NCBI GenBank assembly: GCA_965213685.1
Contig: CBDBZY010000003.1
Location: 64,001 to 128,000, forward strand
From: a bacterium
GTDB taxonomy: Bacteria > UBA8248
Length of the DNA stretch: 64,000 bases
Direction of reading: 5' to 3'
Shown here: positions 20,027 through 30,753 of the stretch, in pieces
Layout: each line of letters opens with the position of its first letter
How positions within the stretch are numbered: position 1 is the stretch's first letter
The notes under the pieces: model-generated
Database searches by the model: none
The model's input: only the letters and a program-made list of their open reading frames with translations
Told to the model about the DNA's origin: nothing
Translations under genes and position numbers: made by a program

Positions 20027-21314
20027 GGCGGACGGCGTCCCTGCGCGCCATTCCGGGCGGGTCGCGCGTGTTCCTCCCCGGCGAGGCGCGACGCAAGAGA
20101 GAGGTGGAGGAGAGGCTCCTCCGCGTATTCGAGCAGTGGGGATTCCGGGAGATGCTCACGCCCGCCTTCGAGTTCTACGCGCCCAGGGCGGGTTCCGGGG
20201 CACTGGACGCACAGACGTATCGGATGGTGGATTTGGAGAGTGGCGGCCTGCTGGCGCTTCGCGCGGACATGACGCCCCAGATCGCGCGGGCGGCCGGAAC
20301 GATTCTGGCCGCGCACCCCCCGGCCCTTGCGGCTCTCCTATTCGACGAACGTCTTTCGCCACGCCCACGTGGCGGGGGGAGCTGCAGCGGGAGTTCTGGC
20401 AGGCGGGCGTGGAGCTGATCGGCCTGGTCTCCTTGGAGGCCGACGCCGAGGTGATAGCCATCGCCGTAGAGTGCCTGCGGGCGAGCGGCGTGGAGAATTT
20501 TCGCATGTCCCTGAGCCATGGCGCATTCCTGCGGGGGATTCTGGACGCCCTGGGCCTGGAGGGTGCCCGGAGGGCGGAGCTGCTCGAGGCGATAGGCCGC
20601 CGGGACGCCGCCGGGGTGGCGAGCCTGCTGAAAGGGTGTCCGCGCGAGAGGACCGACGCCGGGCTCCTCGAGCGCATCCCCGAGTGCTTCGGCGGAGTCG
20701 AGGCGCTCCGGAGGGTGGAGGAGCGGGTGAAGACCCCGGGGGCCAGGCGCGCGGTTCGGGAGCTTTTGCGGGTGTTTCGCATACTGGAGCTGTATGGCCT
20801 CTCGGAGCGCATCCTCTTCGATTTGTGCGATTTCAGGGATTTTGACTATTACACGGGCATGATATTCGAGGGGTTCGTGGAGGGTTCCGGGTATCCCGTA
20901 TGCGGCGGCGGCCGGTATGATCAGCTCTTGGGCCTCTATGGGGACGACGCACTCGGAACGGGGTTCGCCGTCGACCTGAACCAGTTGCTTCCCCTGGCGA
21001 TGGAGGGGGCGGCGAGCGGAAACGGGACGGATTTCCTCGTCATCGACCGCACCCGGGAGAAGCGGACGGGCATCCTCCTCTCCCGCAGGCTCCGCGCGCG
21101 GGGCTGGCGGGTGGCGCGCGACATCATTCGCCGCGATCCGGAAGGCTCCCTCGCATACGCGCGGGCGGCGGGCGTGTCGAAATGCCTCATCATCGAGCGC
21201 GGCGCGGGGAGGGGCGGCAGGGTGCGGCTCCTGGAGCCTGGCGGAGAAGACTTGGGCGCATACCCGGTCGCGGAGATACTCCATCGGGTGGGCGGAAGGG
21301 AAGGCGACAGATGA
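20023..21314 (+). CDS. hisZ: ATP phosphoribosyltransferase regulatory subunit (apparent frameshift in the C6 run at 20316-20321)
   Basis: TPAFE, LRADMTPQIAR, REFWQAGVELIG, DYYTGMIFE, GGGRYDQLL; serA-hisZ-purA synteny. Confidence 0.9.
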
Positions 21315-22633
21315 GCGTCTTGGCGATTCTCGGCGGCCAGTGGGGCGATGAGGGAAAGGGCAAGGTCATCGACTGGCTCGCTGGCCAGGCGGACGTGGTG
21401 GCCCGCTATCAGGGGGGGGCCAACGCGGGCCACACGGTGGTGGTCGAGGGGAGGCAGTATATCCTCCACCTGATGCCGACGGGGATATTGCGCCCGGGGG
21501 TGAAGTGCATCATCGGCTCGGGCGTGGTGGTGGACCCGCTGGCGCTGGTGGAGGAGATCCGCTACCTCCGAGCGGAGGGCATCTACATCGGGGAGAACCT
21601 CGTCGTCGGCAAGCGGGCGCACCTCATCATGCCCTACCACAAGGTGCTGGACTCCCACATGGAGGAGCTGCTGGGGGTGAATCGCATCGGCACGACGGGC
21701 CGCGGCATCGGGCCGGCCTACTCCGACAAGGCGGCGCGGCTGGGGGTGCGCATTTCCGACCTCTTCGACGAGAAAATACTCAGGGAGCGCGTCCGCGTCA
21801 GCCTGGCCATCAAAAAGCGGCTTCTGGGGGACATCGGGCTGAGCGCGGAGGAGGCAAGAGCCCTGGATGCGGCCCACGTCCTGGAGGTCTGCTCCGGGGT
21901 GCGGGAGATACTCGGCCCCCACGTGCGGAACACGGATGCGGAAATCAACGAGGCGTTGAGCAAGAACCGGAAAATCCTCCTCGAGGGCGCGCAGGGAATC
22001 CTGCTGGACCTGGACATGGGCACGTATCCCTATGTGACGTCGAGCAACACCGGCGTGGGCGGGGCGATGAGTGGCCTGGGGCTGCCCTATCATCGCCTGG
22101 GCGCGGTGTTCGGCATCATGAAGGCGTACTGCACCCGGGTGGGCCAGGGCCCGTTTCCCTCCGAGATGGGGGAGGCGGACGCCGGCCGCCTGCGGGAGGA
22201 GGGCGGGGAGTTCGGCGCCACCACCGGCAGGCCCAGGCGATGCGGATGGTTCGACGCCGTGGCGGCGCGCCACTGCGTCCAGGTGGCCGGAATGGACGCG
22301 ATAGCGGTGACGAAGCTCGACGTTCTCGACAACCAGGAGAGGATTCGGGTTTGCGTGGGCTATGAATACGAGGGGGAGCGCCTCACGGTGTTTCCGGCGG
22401 AGACCTCGATTCTGGAGCGATGCCGGCCCGTGTACGCGGAGTTTCCCGGCTGGATGTCCTCCACCGGGGGAGTGCGGGATTACGAGAAACTCCCTCCCCG
22501 GGCGAAGGATTACATCCGGCGGATCGAGGAGTTGACGGGCAGGCCGGTGTGGCTGATTTCCACGGGGCCCCGCCGTGATGATACGATATGCCTCCACAAC
22601 CCCTTCCAGGGGGACGGGGTGCCCGGCGGTTGA
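21311..22633 (+). CDS. purA: Adenylosuccinate synthetase
   Basis: GQWGDEGKGK, QGGANAGHT, GTTGRGIGPAY, EFGATTGRPRRCGW, TKLDVL. Confidence 0.98.
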   Translation: MSVLAILGGQWGDEGKGKVIDWLAGQADVVARYQGGANAGHTVVVEGRQYILHLMPTGILRPGVKCIIGSGVVVDPLALVEEIRYLRAEGIYIGENLVVGKRAHLIMPYHKVLDSHMEELLGVNRIGTTGRGIGPAYSDKAARLGVRISDLFDEKILRERVRVSLAIKKRLLGDIGLSAEEARALDAAHVLEVCSGVREILGPHVRNTDAEINEALSKNRKILLEGAQGILLDLDMGTYPYVTSSNTGVGGAMSGLGLPYHRLGAVFGIMKAYCTRVGQGPFPSEMGEADAGRLREEGGEFGATTGRPRRCGWFDAVAARHCVQVAGMDAIAVTKLDVLDNQERIRVCVGYEYEGERLTVFPAETSILERCRPVYAEFPGWMSSTGGVRDYEKLPPRAKDYIRRIEELTGRPVWLISTGPRRDDTICLHNPFQGDGVPGG

Positions 22634-22717
22634 CTTCGGGACGCTTCCCGGAGATTCTCGCGCGTCTTCTCCGGCCACCCTCTTCCGGCCGCCGGCGATG
22701 AGGAAAGGGGGGAACGC

Positions 22718-23615
22718 ATGGCGCCTGAAAACGTATCCCTCGGGCTGGCTTTCGCGGCGGGGGTGTTGAGTTTCGCCTCCCCGTGCATCCTCCCCCTGGT
22801 TCCGAGCTACCTCTCCTATCTGACGGGCTTGTCCTACGAGGAGATCCGCGAGAGCGGCGAGGGCCGCCCGCGTGCGAAGCGTCATTCTGGCGAATTCCCT
22901 GTTCTTCGTGGCCGGCTTCTCCCTCGTCTTTGTGCTCCTGGGCGCCAGCGTCTCCTTCCTCGGCAACGTCCTGTTCGCATACCAGGACGGCGTCCGGCTG
23001 CTGGGCGGCATCCTGATCACCATGTTCGGCCTCTACGTCGGAGACAGGGCGTTCGACTTCCTTGGCCAGAGGTTCTTCTCCGCGCGGCCTGCGGGCGCGA
23101 GCGGCGCGTTCGCCGCCGTGGTCCTGCTGGCGGGCCTGGCGGGGCTGCGAAAGGGCTATCCCACGCTGGGCGGCGCGCTCACGGCCGCCGCCCTGTATGT
23201 CTTCGCCGCCGTCTTCCTGCCCGCACTCTCCGCCGATAGCCGCGTCATGCTGAAGAGCAAGCCCGCCGGCTGGCTCGGGAGTGCCCTGGTCGGCGTCACC
23301 TTCGCCGCCGGCTGGACGCCCTGCGTCGGCCCCATTCTGGGCAGCATCCTCCTGTTCGCGGGAACGCAGCAAACGGCGGGCCAGGGCGTCCTCCTCCTGG
23401 CGTCCTACTCCGCCGGCCTGGGCGTCCCGTTTCTCCTGAGCGGTCTCGGCGTGGGCTATTTCTTCCGGTTCTACCAGACGTTCCGGCGGTATTTCCGCGG
23501 CGTGGAAATCGCGAGCAGCGCCATGCTTCTGCTCGTGGGCGTTTTGCTGATATCCAACTATCTGAACGCGATTTCCGCCTATCTCATCTTCTGGACGGGA
23601 TTTACGGGCATCTAG
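22718..23615 (+). CDS. ccdA: Cytochrome c biogenesis CcdA/DsbD-family membrane protein (apparent frameshift near 22864)
   Basis: AGVLSFASPCILPLVP in the first frame; GWTPCVGPILGSIL and YSAGLGVPF in the second. Confidence 0.87.
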
Positions 23616-23681
23616 GCGTTGCGGGGCGCGCGCTTCCTCTCCGCGCCCGTTTTTTGCGCCTTCCCGTTCGGCTCCTGTGCG

Positions 23682-24431
23682 TCAGGTCGGCGGTTTTTCC
23701 GATTGCGCGCAGGCGATGGCGTCCGCAAAGGCGCGAAAGGCGGCCCTCGGGTCTCGCGCGTCCCGGATGGGCCTGCCCACCACCAGCAGGCTGGCGCCGT
23801 TTCGCATCGCGTGGGACGGGGTTTGCGCGCGCGCGTGATCGTCATGCGCACCGGCTTGGAGCCGGACGCCTGGCGTGACGATCAGCGCCCCGTCGCCCAG
23901 CAGCCGCCGGAGCGGCGCCACCTCCCCGGGCGAGGCGACCACGCCGTCGAGGCCGGCCTCCCGGCTGAGCCTGCCCATCGCCAGCGCCTGGGGTTCCACC
24001 TCCCGGCAGACGCCGATGGCGCGGAGGGCGCCGTCGTCCAGACTCGTGAGCACCGTGACCGCCAGAACGGCGGGCGGGTTCCGGCATTCCTCGCGGCCCC
24101 GCGCGCAGGCCTCGAGCATGGCGGGGCCGCCCGCGGCGTGAACGGTGAGGAGCGACACCCCCAGCTCGCCCGCGGATTTCACGGCTCTTCGGGCGGTGGC
24201 GGGGATGTCGTGGTATTTCAGGTCGAGGAAAACGCCGGCCCCGCGCGCGCGGACGGCCTCCACCGCCGGCGGACCCTCCCGGCTGAAAAGCTCCATCCCG
24301 ATCTTGAACCAGCGCGCCGCGCCCTCGAGTGCGTCCATCAGGCGCGTCGCCTCGGGGAGGGTGGGCAGGTCCAGTGCGCAGATGATTCTCTCGGCGGGGG
24401 CCAAATCGGCCCGGGGGTCTGGCGCGTCCAA
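23682..24431 (-). CDS. pyrF: Orotidine-5'-phosphate decarboxylase
   Basis: ALD, FKIG, FLDLKYHDIPAT, TPGVR, VVGRPI. Confidence 0.96.
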   Translation of the reverse strand: MDAPDPRADLAPAERIICALDLPTLPEATRLMDALEGAARWFKIGMELFSREGPPAVEAVRARGAGVFLDLKYHDIPATARRAVKSAGELGVSLLTVHAAGGPAMLEACARGREECRNPPAVLAVTVLTSLDDGALRAIGVCREVEPQALAMGRLSREAGLDGVVASPGEVAPLRRLLGDGALIVTPGVRLQAGAHDDHARAQTPSHAMRNGASLLVVGRPIRDARDPRAAFRAFADAIACAQSEKPPT

Positions 24432-24491
24432 TGGCGCCTCCTCCTTCTTCGCGTCCGGCCCCTGTGCCCCGCGCGGGGGGCAGGGGGCCCC

Positions 24492-25247
24492 CTAGTCGGG
24501 GTCGTTCTCCCACTCTTTTTCGCGCTCCTCCTCCCGCCTCTTCTTGCGTCGGAGGATGATGCGCGAGATGAGGACGCTGATCTCGAACAGGACGATGATG
24601 GGCCCCGCCAGAAACACCTGCGTCACCACGTCCGGCGGCGTGAGCAGGGCGGCCATGACGAATGCGCCGACAAAGACGTATCCGCGATTTTTCGACAGGA
24701 AGTCGGGCGTGATGACGCCGATTTGCACGAGCAGAACGGTGATGATGGGCACCTCGAACACCAGTCCGAACGTGAAGATCAGCTTGAAGGCGAAAGAGAT
24801 GTAGAAACCGATGGAAATCTGGGGCGTCAGGGTTTCGGTGGCGAATCCCAGCAGAAAGGCGAGGCCGTAGGGGAGGATGAGGAAATAGCAGAACAGGGCG
24901 CCGCCGATGAAGCTCAGCGTCGAGAAAAACACGAAGGGTATGACGTAGCGCTTCTCCCGGTCCATGAGCCCCGGGGCGCAAAACCGCCAAATCTGGAACA
25001 GGATGATGGGCAGGCTGATGAACACCGCGCCGAAGAAGGAGACCTTGACGTGCGCGAAAAACGCCTCCGTCGGCGCCAGGAAAACGAGCTTCTGCCCGGC
25101 GATGGGGCGCTGCATCAGGTCGAGCAGGTCGGCGGAGAAATAATAGGCGCCCAGGAACACGGCGAGGACGGTGCCGAGGATGTAGAGGATTCTGTTGCGC
25201 AGTTCCGTCAGGTGCCCGGTGAGGGGCATGGAAGCGTCGCCGCTCAC
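24492..25247 (-). CDS. tatC: Twin-arginine translocase subunit TatC
   Basis: MPLTGHLTELRNR, QIWRFCAPGL...EK, FEVP, TPPDVVTQ. Confidence 0.96.
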   Translation of the reverse strand: MSGDASMPLTGHLTELRNRILYILGTVLAVFLGAYYFSADLLDLMQRPIAGQKLVFLAPTEAFFAHVKVSFFGAVFISLPIILFQIWRFCAPGLMDREKRYVIPFVFFSTLSFIGGALFCYFLILPYGLAFLLGFATETLTPQISIGFYISFAFKLIFTFGLVFEVPIITVLLVQIGVITPDFLSKNRGYVFVGAFVMAALLTPPDVVTQVFLAGPIIVLFEISVLISRIILRRKKRREEEREKEWENDPD

Positions 25248-25642
25248 GTCCGGGTGTCATCCTCTTGTGCGGATTTCTCGGCGGCGTCCGCGTGCGCCGC
25301 ATTCTCCGAGGAGGCGCTCCCGGACGTGCTCTCGCCGGCCGCTGCCTGCTCCGCCTCCTCCCCCCTCTCCTCCTCTTCCTCCGAGGCGTCGGCTTCGGGC
25401 GCCTGCTCCTTCTCGGCGGCCTTTTTCTTCTCTCCCCCGGTTTTCGCGTCATCCTCGAGCAGGTCGAGGTCGTAGTCGCTCTCCAGGTTGAAGCTGTCCT
25501 GAAAATCCGACGTCGCGCGCTTGAAGTCGCCCAGCGCCTTCCCGAGCGAGCGGGCGAGTTCCGGCAGGCGCTTGGGTCCGATGACCACCAGGGCGACCAC
25601 CAGTATCACGATCAGCTCCGTCATCCCGATGCTTCCGAACAA
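25244..25642 (-). CDS. tatB: Twin-arginine translocase subunit TatB (TatA/B family)
   Basis: FGSIGMTELIVILVVALVVIGPKRLPELARSLGK; acidic tail; TTG start inferred. Confidence 0.85.
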   Translation of the reverse strand: MFGSIGMTELIVILVVALVVIGPKRLPELARSLGKALGDFKRATSDFQDSFNLESDYDLDLLEDDAKTGGEKKKAAEKEQAPEADASEEEEERGEEAEQAAAGESTSGSASSENAAHADAAEKSAQEDDTRT

Positions 25643-25811
25643 GGCCCCTCTCCTCCCCCGCACCCCGAAGACCGTTCCCTGGGTTTATACCAAAACATGC
25701 GGGCTTGGTGAACGCGCTCCCGGGCGGGCGGCTATGATCGCCCTGCGCCTTGTGCTACATTCGCCGCACGTGGGTTGGCCCGGGCGGGGTGTCCTTACAA
25801 AGCGCAGGCGC

Positions 25812-27683
25812 ATGGATCGGGAACCAGCAGAAGAAAAACGGGTGGCGATTCAGGAGTCCGCCGCGTTTCCATATGTTCGCGGCGCCTTGGGCCTCGAGGA
25901 TGTGGACGATTCCTCGGTGGCGGAGATTCTCGCGCCCCTTCTCCACAGAAGCCCCGGCGGCCTCCTAGGCGCGGATGCGGCCGCCCGGCTGCTCGGCGCG
26001 CCCCATCTCCCCGAAACCACGTTCGCCGTCGTCGACATCGAGACCACGGGCGGGCGTCCCCCCCAGCACCGGATCACGGAGCTGGCCGCCGTGAAGGTGC
26101 GCGCCGGCGAGGTGGTCGAGACGTATGACGCCCTGGTCAACCCGGGTCGGGAGATTCCCTGGAACGTCGTGCGCCTGACCGGAATCACCGACGCCATGGT
26201 GGCGGACAAGCCGGGCTTGATGGATGCGCTGCCGCCGTTCCTCGATTTTATCGAGGGTTGTGTCTTCGTCGCCCACTGCGCGAATTTTGATTTTCATTTT
26301 TTGAGGTACTACGCGGAAGAATTCCTGCGCCGCCGGTTTTCTCCCCCGGTTCTCTGTACGTTCGAGCTGGCGAACCGGCTTCTGCCGGGGCGGAAACGCT
26401 TCAACCTGGGGGAATTGAGCCGCGCGTTGGGGGTTCCCGACCGGGGAGGGGACAGGCACCGCGCACTGGGCGACGCCCGGGCGACGGCGGAGGTCTTCAT
26501 CCGCTTTGCGCGCATGTGCCAGCTGCTGGGTCTGGGGAGCCTCGAATCCTTGCTGGCGTTTCAGGCGCCCGAAGAGGCGGCGCCCGCCCCCCTGGCGGAG
26601 GGGATTCGGCTCGACCCCTCGGAGGTGGAGTCGCTCCCCGTCGCCCGCGGCGTCTATCGCCTGTATGACGAGAGAAAACAGGTTGTGTTCGCGGGCAAGG
26701 CCAACAACATCCAGCGCGCGGTCCGGGATATGTTCTATCCCAGAAACCGCGCCGCCAGCCGGTTCGCCCTCAGGCTGCGGAACGTGCGCCGCGTGGAGGC
26801 GCATCTCCTGCGGAGCGAGCTGGTCATGAACGTCGAGGCGTTCCGGGCGATGCGAAAATCCCGCCTCGTGAACGGGAGCCTCTCCGTGGCGGGTGCGGGC
26901 TTTTTGCGGCTCGCCCCCGATGGCGCGCCCGCCCGGGTGTCCGTCGCCGCCCGCCTCCTTGCGGATGGCGCGCGCTACTATGGCCCGTTCCGGAAAAAGG
27001 CGCAGCTTCTGGATCTGCTGGGCGCCATTTGCGCCGCCTTTCCGCTCGCGTGCGAGGTTCCGGACGGATATCAGGACGTCAAGCGGGGCGGCGGCCCCCC
27101 GCGCGGAGGAAAGGAGCCGCCCCGCCTGTCGGGCGCCGACGGGGCGGCGCTGCTCGGGGTGCTCGGCGACATCCTGGAGGGCCGCGCGCGCAAGGAGGAT
27201 GAGGGGGTCGTCTTCGCCCTTTTGCGAAACGCCTGGAGCGCGGAGGGGGTCTCGGCGGGCAGGCTGCGGCGCCGCCTCGCCCGGCTCCATCATCTGGTGC
27301 GGACATACGCCCTGTCGGGGCCCTCCGTCGAGCGGAGAAGGCTCATCATCGTGGAGCCCGGCCAGACGCGCGAGCACAGATATTGCTATTTCATACGGGA
27401 TGGGCTGCTGGCCCATGAACTCTCGTTCGAGCGCGGCGCGCCGCCCGTCCGCGCCCTGGAGCGCAAGGTGCGCGAGATATTCCGGGACGGGGACTTCCGG
27501 GCGCCGGAGGCGAACCGGGAGCGCATGGATGAGGCGGCGGTGTTCGCCGGCTGGATGCGGCGGGAGCTGATGGACGGGTTCATGCTGAGCCTCCAGGGCG
27601 GCGGCTCCCCGGCCCGGGTGATGGACGCCTTGATGCGCGCCCTCCATGACCCGCAGGCGGCGGGCACGACGATAACGCTGTGA
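25812..27683 (+). CDS. DEDDh 3'-5' exonuclease (DnaQ-like) fused to a degenerate GIY-YIG/UvrC-like domain
   Basis: VVDIETTG, AHCANFD, HRALGDARATA; then GVYRLYD...VVFAGKANNI and YYGPF. Confidence 0.85.
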   Translation: MDREPAEEKRVAIQESAAFPYVRGALGLEDVDDSSVAEILAPLLHRSPGGLLGADAAARLLGAPHLPETTFAVVDIETTGGRPPQHRITELAAVKVRAGEVVETYDALVNPGREIPWNVVRLTGITDAMVADKPGLMDALPPFLDFIEGCVFVAHCANFDFHFLRYYAEEFLRRRFSPPVLCTFELANRLLPGRKRFNLGELSRALGVPDRGGDRHRALGDARATAEVFIRFARMCQLLGLGSLESLLAFQAPEEAAPAPLAEGIRLDPSEVESLPVARGVYRLYDERKQVVFAGKANNIQRAVRDMFYPRNRAASRFALRLRNVRRVEAHLLRSELVMNVEAFRAMRKSRLVNGSLSVAGAGFLRLAPDGAPARVSVAARLLADGARYYGPFRKKAQLLDLLGAICAAFPLACEVPDGYQDVKRGGGPPRGGKEPPRLSGADGAALLGVLGDILEGRARKEDEGVVFALLRNAWSAEGVSAGRLRRRLARLHHLVRTYALSGPSVERRRLIIVEPGQTREHRYCYFIRDGLLAHELSFERGAPPVRALERKVREIFRDGDFRAPEANRERMDEAAVFAGWMRRELMDGFMLSLQGGGSPARVMDALMRALHDPQAAGTTITL

Positions 27684-27890
27684 GTCCCCCGGGAGCACCC
27701 CCCGCGCGGGGCGCGCGCGAAACTCCTCCTCCCCCTCCCCTCCCATGCGGTTTCTTGCGCCCCGCGACGGGGCGTGCTATTTTTCATCTCCTCTGTTCTG
27801 GATTTTCTTCCGGGACTCCAGCCCGCGCACGGGGCGCGGGAGCGGCGTGTTTGCCTGGCGCTTTTTCTCGCATGAAGAGGTTTCGCGGCC

Positions 27891-29225
27891 GTGCCGAGAG
27901 ACGGGGATTTCTGGGATGAGGGCGTCGAGCGCATGGAGAGGGACGCGCTCGCCTCCCTTCAGCTGGAGCGCCTTCGGTGGCAGGTTCGCCGCTGCCACGA
28001 GGGCTCCGCGTTCTATCGGGAGCGGCTCGACGCGGCGGGCGTCGGGCCGGATTCGGTGCGCGCGCTGGACGACCTCCGGAAAATTCCTTTCGTGACGAAA
28101 TCAGAGCTCCGCGATGAGCAGCAAAGGCACCCGCCCTTCGGGCGATACGTCGTCGCTCCCCCCGGGACGTGGGGGGAGCTGCACCCCTCCACGGGCACCA
28201 CGGGCGTTCCCGTCAGCACGATCTGGAGCAGGCGGGACGTGGAGAACATCGCGGATTTCACGGCGCGGACGATGTGGAGCTTCGGGGTGCGGCCGGGCGA
28301 CATCGTCCAGAATGCGTTCAGCTATGGTCTGTGGGTCGCCGGCATGAGCGTGCACTACGCCACCCGGAAGATGGGCTGCTTCGTGATACCCATCGGCGCC
28401 GCCATGACCGACCGCCAGATACTCTATCTCACCACCATCGGCTCGACGGTGCTTCTGAGCACGCCGAGCTACGGCCTGTACATCGGCGAGAAGCTCCTGG
28501 AGCAAGGCGTGGACGCGGGGGAGATTCCCCTGCGCATCGGTTCGTTCGGCGGGGAGGCGGGCGCGCAAAACCCGTCCACGCGCTCCCGAATCGAGGCCGC
28601 TCTCGGAATCGACGCCTACGATTATTATGGGCTGGGCGAGATTGGGCCGACCTTCGCGAGCGAATCGGCAGCGAAGTCGGGCCTCATCTGGGCGGAGGAT
28701 CACCACATCATCGAGGTGGTTGACCCGGAGACGAAAAAACCGGCGCGCGAGGGCGAGGTCGGCATCCTCGTCATCACGCATCTCACGCGCGAGGCCACGC
28801 CCATGCTGCGCTACTGGACGAACGATTTCGCCCGCGTGGAGGCCTCCCCCAGTCCCTGCGGGAGAACGCACCTCCGCTCGCCCGGCGGCATCCTGGGGCG
28901 CGGCGACGACCTCGTCATCTACAAGGGGGCGAAGTTCTACCCCGCCCAGGTGGAGAAGGTGGTGCGAAGTTTCGCGGCTCTCGGCAACGAGTTTCGCGTG
29001 GAGCTGCATCCGGATGCGTCGACGGGGCGGGATCGCTGCGTCGTCGTGGCCGAATGCGCGGCGGGCGCGTCGGATTCCGGCTTGAGCGACGCGTTGCGGA
29101 GCAGCCTCCGGGCCGAGCTCTTCGTGACGCCGGAGGTGCGGGTTTTGCCCGCCGGCTCCCTGGAGAGAACGTCGTTCAAGGCGCGAAGGTTTCTGGACCT
29201 GCGCGAATCGAAGGCGCGGACGTGA
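27891..29225 (+). CDS. Phenylacetate-CoA ligase (PaaK) family protein
   Basis: IPFVTKSELR, STGTTG.P, YGL.EIGP, EATPMLRY.T.D, GRGDDL, CGRTH. Confidence 0.9.
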   Translation: MPRDGDFWDEGVERMERDALASLQLERLRWQVRRCHEGSAFYRERLDAAGVGPDSVRALDDLRKIPFVTKSELRDEQQRHPPFGRYVVAPPGTWGELHPSTGTTGVPVSTIWSRRDVENIADFTARTMWSFGVRPGDIVQNAFSYGLWVAGMSVHYATRKMGCFVIPIGAAMTDRQILYLTTIGSTVLLSTPSYGLYIGEKLLEQGVDAGEIPLRIGSFGGEAGAQNPSTRSRIEAALGIDAYDYYGLGEIGPTFASESAAKSGLIWAEDHHIIEVVDPETKKPAREGEVGILVITHLTREATPMLRYWTNDFARVEASPSPCGRTHLRSPGGILGRGDDLVIYKGAKFYPAQVEKVVRSFAALGNEFRVELHPDASTGRDRCVVVAECAAGASDSGLSDALRSSLRAELFVTPEVRVLPAGSLERTSFKARRFLDLRESKART

Positions 29226-29232
29226 GCGGCGC

Positions 29233-29253
29233 GGGGGGGGGGGGGGGGGGGGG
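29233..29253 (+). repeat. Poly-G tract (21 nt) between the PaaK-like and thiolase genes
   Basis: Read directly from the sequence. Confidence 0.9.
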
Positions 29254-29259
29254 AGCGCG

Positions 29260-30430
29260 TTGCGTGACGTATCCATCATCGGAGCGGGGGTCACGCCCTT
29301 CGGCGTGAGAGCGGAGAGCGTCGTCGCCCTGGGCGCTGCGGCCTGCCGCGACGCGCTCGCCGACGCCGGTCTTGCGCCGGAGCGGGTCGAGGCGTTCTTC
29401 CTGGGAAATTTCGCGGGACAAGCCTTCGTCGGCCAGAACCACCTGGCGCCCCTGGTGGCGCACGCGGCGGGGCTGGGCGCCATACCCTGTACCCGCCTCG
29501 AGGGCGCGTGCGCCTCAGGGGGGCTCGCGATGCGCCAGGGGGTGCTGGCGGTCGCCTCGGGCCAGGCGGATTTCGCCCTCGTCGCGGGCGTCGAGAAGAT
29601 GACGTCCGCGGGGACGGACGAGACGGCCGCCATCCTCGCCGCCGCGGGCGACGTGGCGGTGGAGGGGCGCGTCGGCTCCACGTTTCCCGCCCTGTTTGGC
29701 CTCATCGCCCGCCGCCACATGCATGAACACGGAACGACGCGCGAGGAGATCGCCCAAGTGGCGGTGAAGAACCACGCCCACGGCAGGCTCAACCCGAACG
29801 CGCACATGCGCAAGGAGGTGACGCTGCCCCAGGTGCTGGACGCCAGGCCGGTGGCCGAGCCGCTCGGGCTTTTCGATTGCTCGCTCATCAGCGACGGCGC
29901 GGCGGCCGTCGTGCTGTGCCCCGCGGAGGCGGCGTCCGCGCATCACGAGAAACCCGTCGAGGTCGCGGCGTCGGCGCAGGCGTCGGATTCTCCCGCCCTG
30001 TCGGACAAGCGCGACATCACCTCGTTTCACGCCACCCGGAAGGCGGGGGAGGACGCCTTCGCCCAGGCGGGCCTCGGCCGCGAGGACGTCGACCTCGCCG
30101 AGATTCACGACTGCTTTACCGTGGCCGAGATCATCGCGCTCGAGGATTTGGGATTTTTCGCCAAAGGCGAGGGGGGGCCGCGGCGCGCGCGAGGGGATGA
30201 CGAGGCTCGGCGGCGCGCTGCCGGTGAACACCAGCGGCGGGCTGAAGTCCAAGGGCCATCCGGTGGGGGCGACGGGCGTGGCGCAGATTCACGAGCTGAC
30301 GCTTCAGCTGCGCGATGAGGCGGGGGCGCGCCAGGTTCCGGGCGCCCGCGTGGGGCTGGCCCACAATCTGGGAGGCTCGGGCGCCACGTGCGCCGTCCAC
30401 ATTCTGCGGGCGGCGCGCGGCGCGCGGTGA
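29260..30430 (+). CDS. SCP2-type thiolase-domain protein (apparent frameshift in the G7 run at 30171-30177)
   Basis: [30 protein letters not shown]; [18 protein letters not shown] and AHNLGG in the shifted frame. Confidence 0.9.
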
Positions 30431-30447
30431 GGAGCGGAGGCGGACCC

Positions 30448-30753
30448 GTGGAGATATTCGTTTGCGCGCGATGCGGACGCACCCGCCTGGAGGAGGCGGG
30501 GAGTTGCGGACATTGCGGCGGCGACGCGGAGGCGAGGGAGGTGTCCGGCAGGGGGGAGGTCTACAGCTTCTCGACGGTACACATGGGGCCCCGGGGGATG
30601 CCGACGCCCTACCGAATCGCCCTCGTGGAGTTGCGGGAGGGCGGGCGGGTTCTGGCCCGCCTCGCCGACGGCGAGGGAGACGAGCCGGCGGTGGGCGATC
30701 CGGTGGTTTTCTCCGGCCTCTCGGATGTCGGGCCGGTTTTTCGGAGATGCTGA
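30448..30753 (+). CDS. DUF35 Zn-ribbon/OB-fold protein (thiolase partner)
   Basis: CARCG...CGHCG, G.G.VYSFSTVH, PY.IALVEL.EG. Confidence 0.88.
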   Translation: MEIFVCARCGRTRLEEAGSCGHCGGDAEAREVSGRGEVYSFSTVHMGPRGMPTPYRIALVELREGGRVLARLADGEGDEPAVGDPVVFSGLSDVGPVFRRC

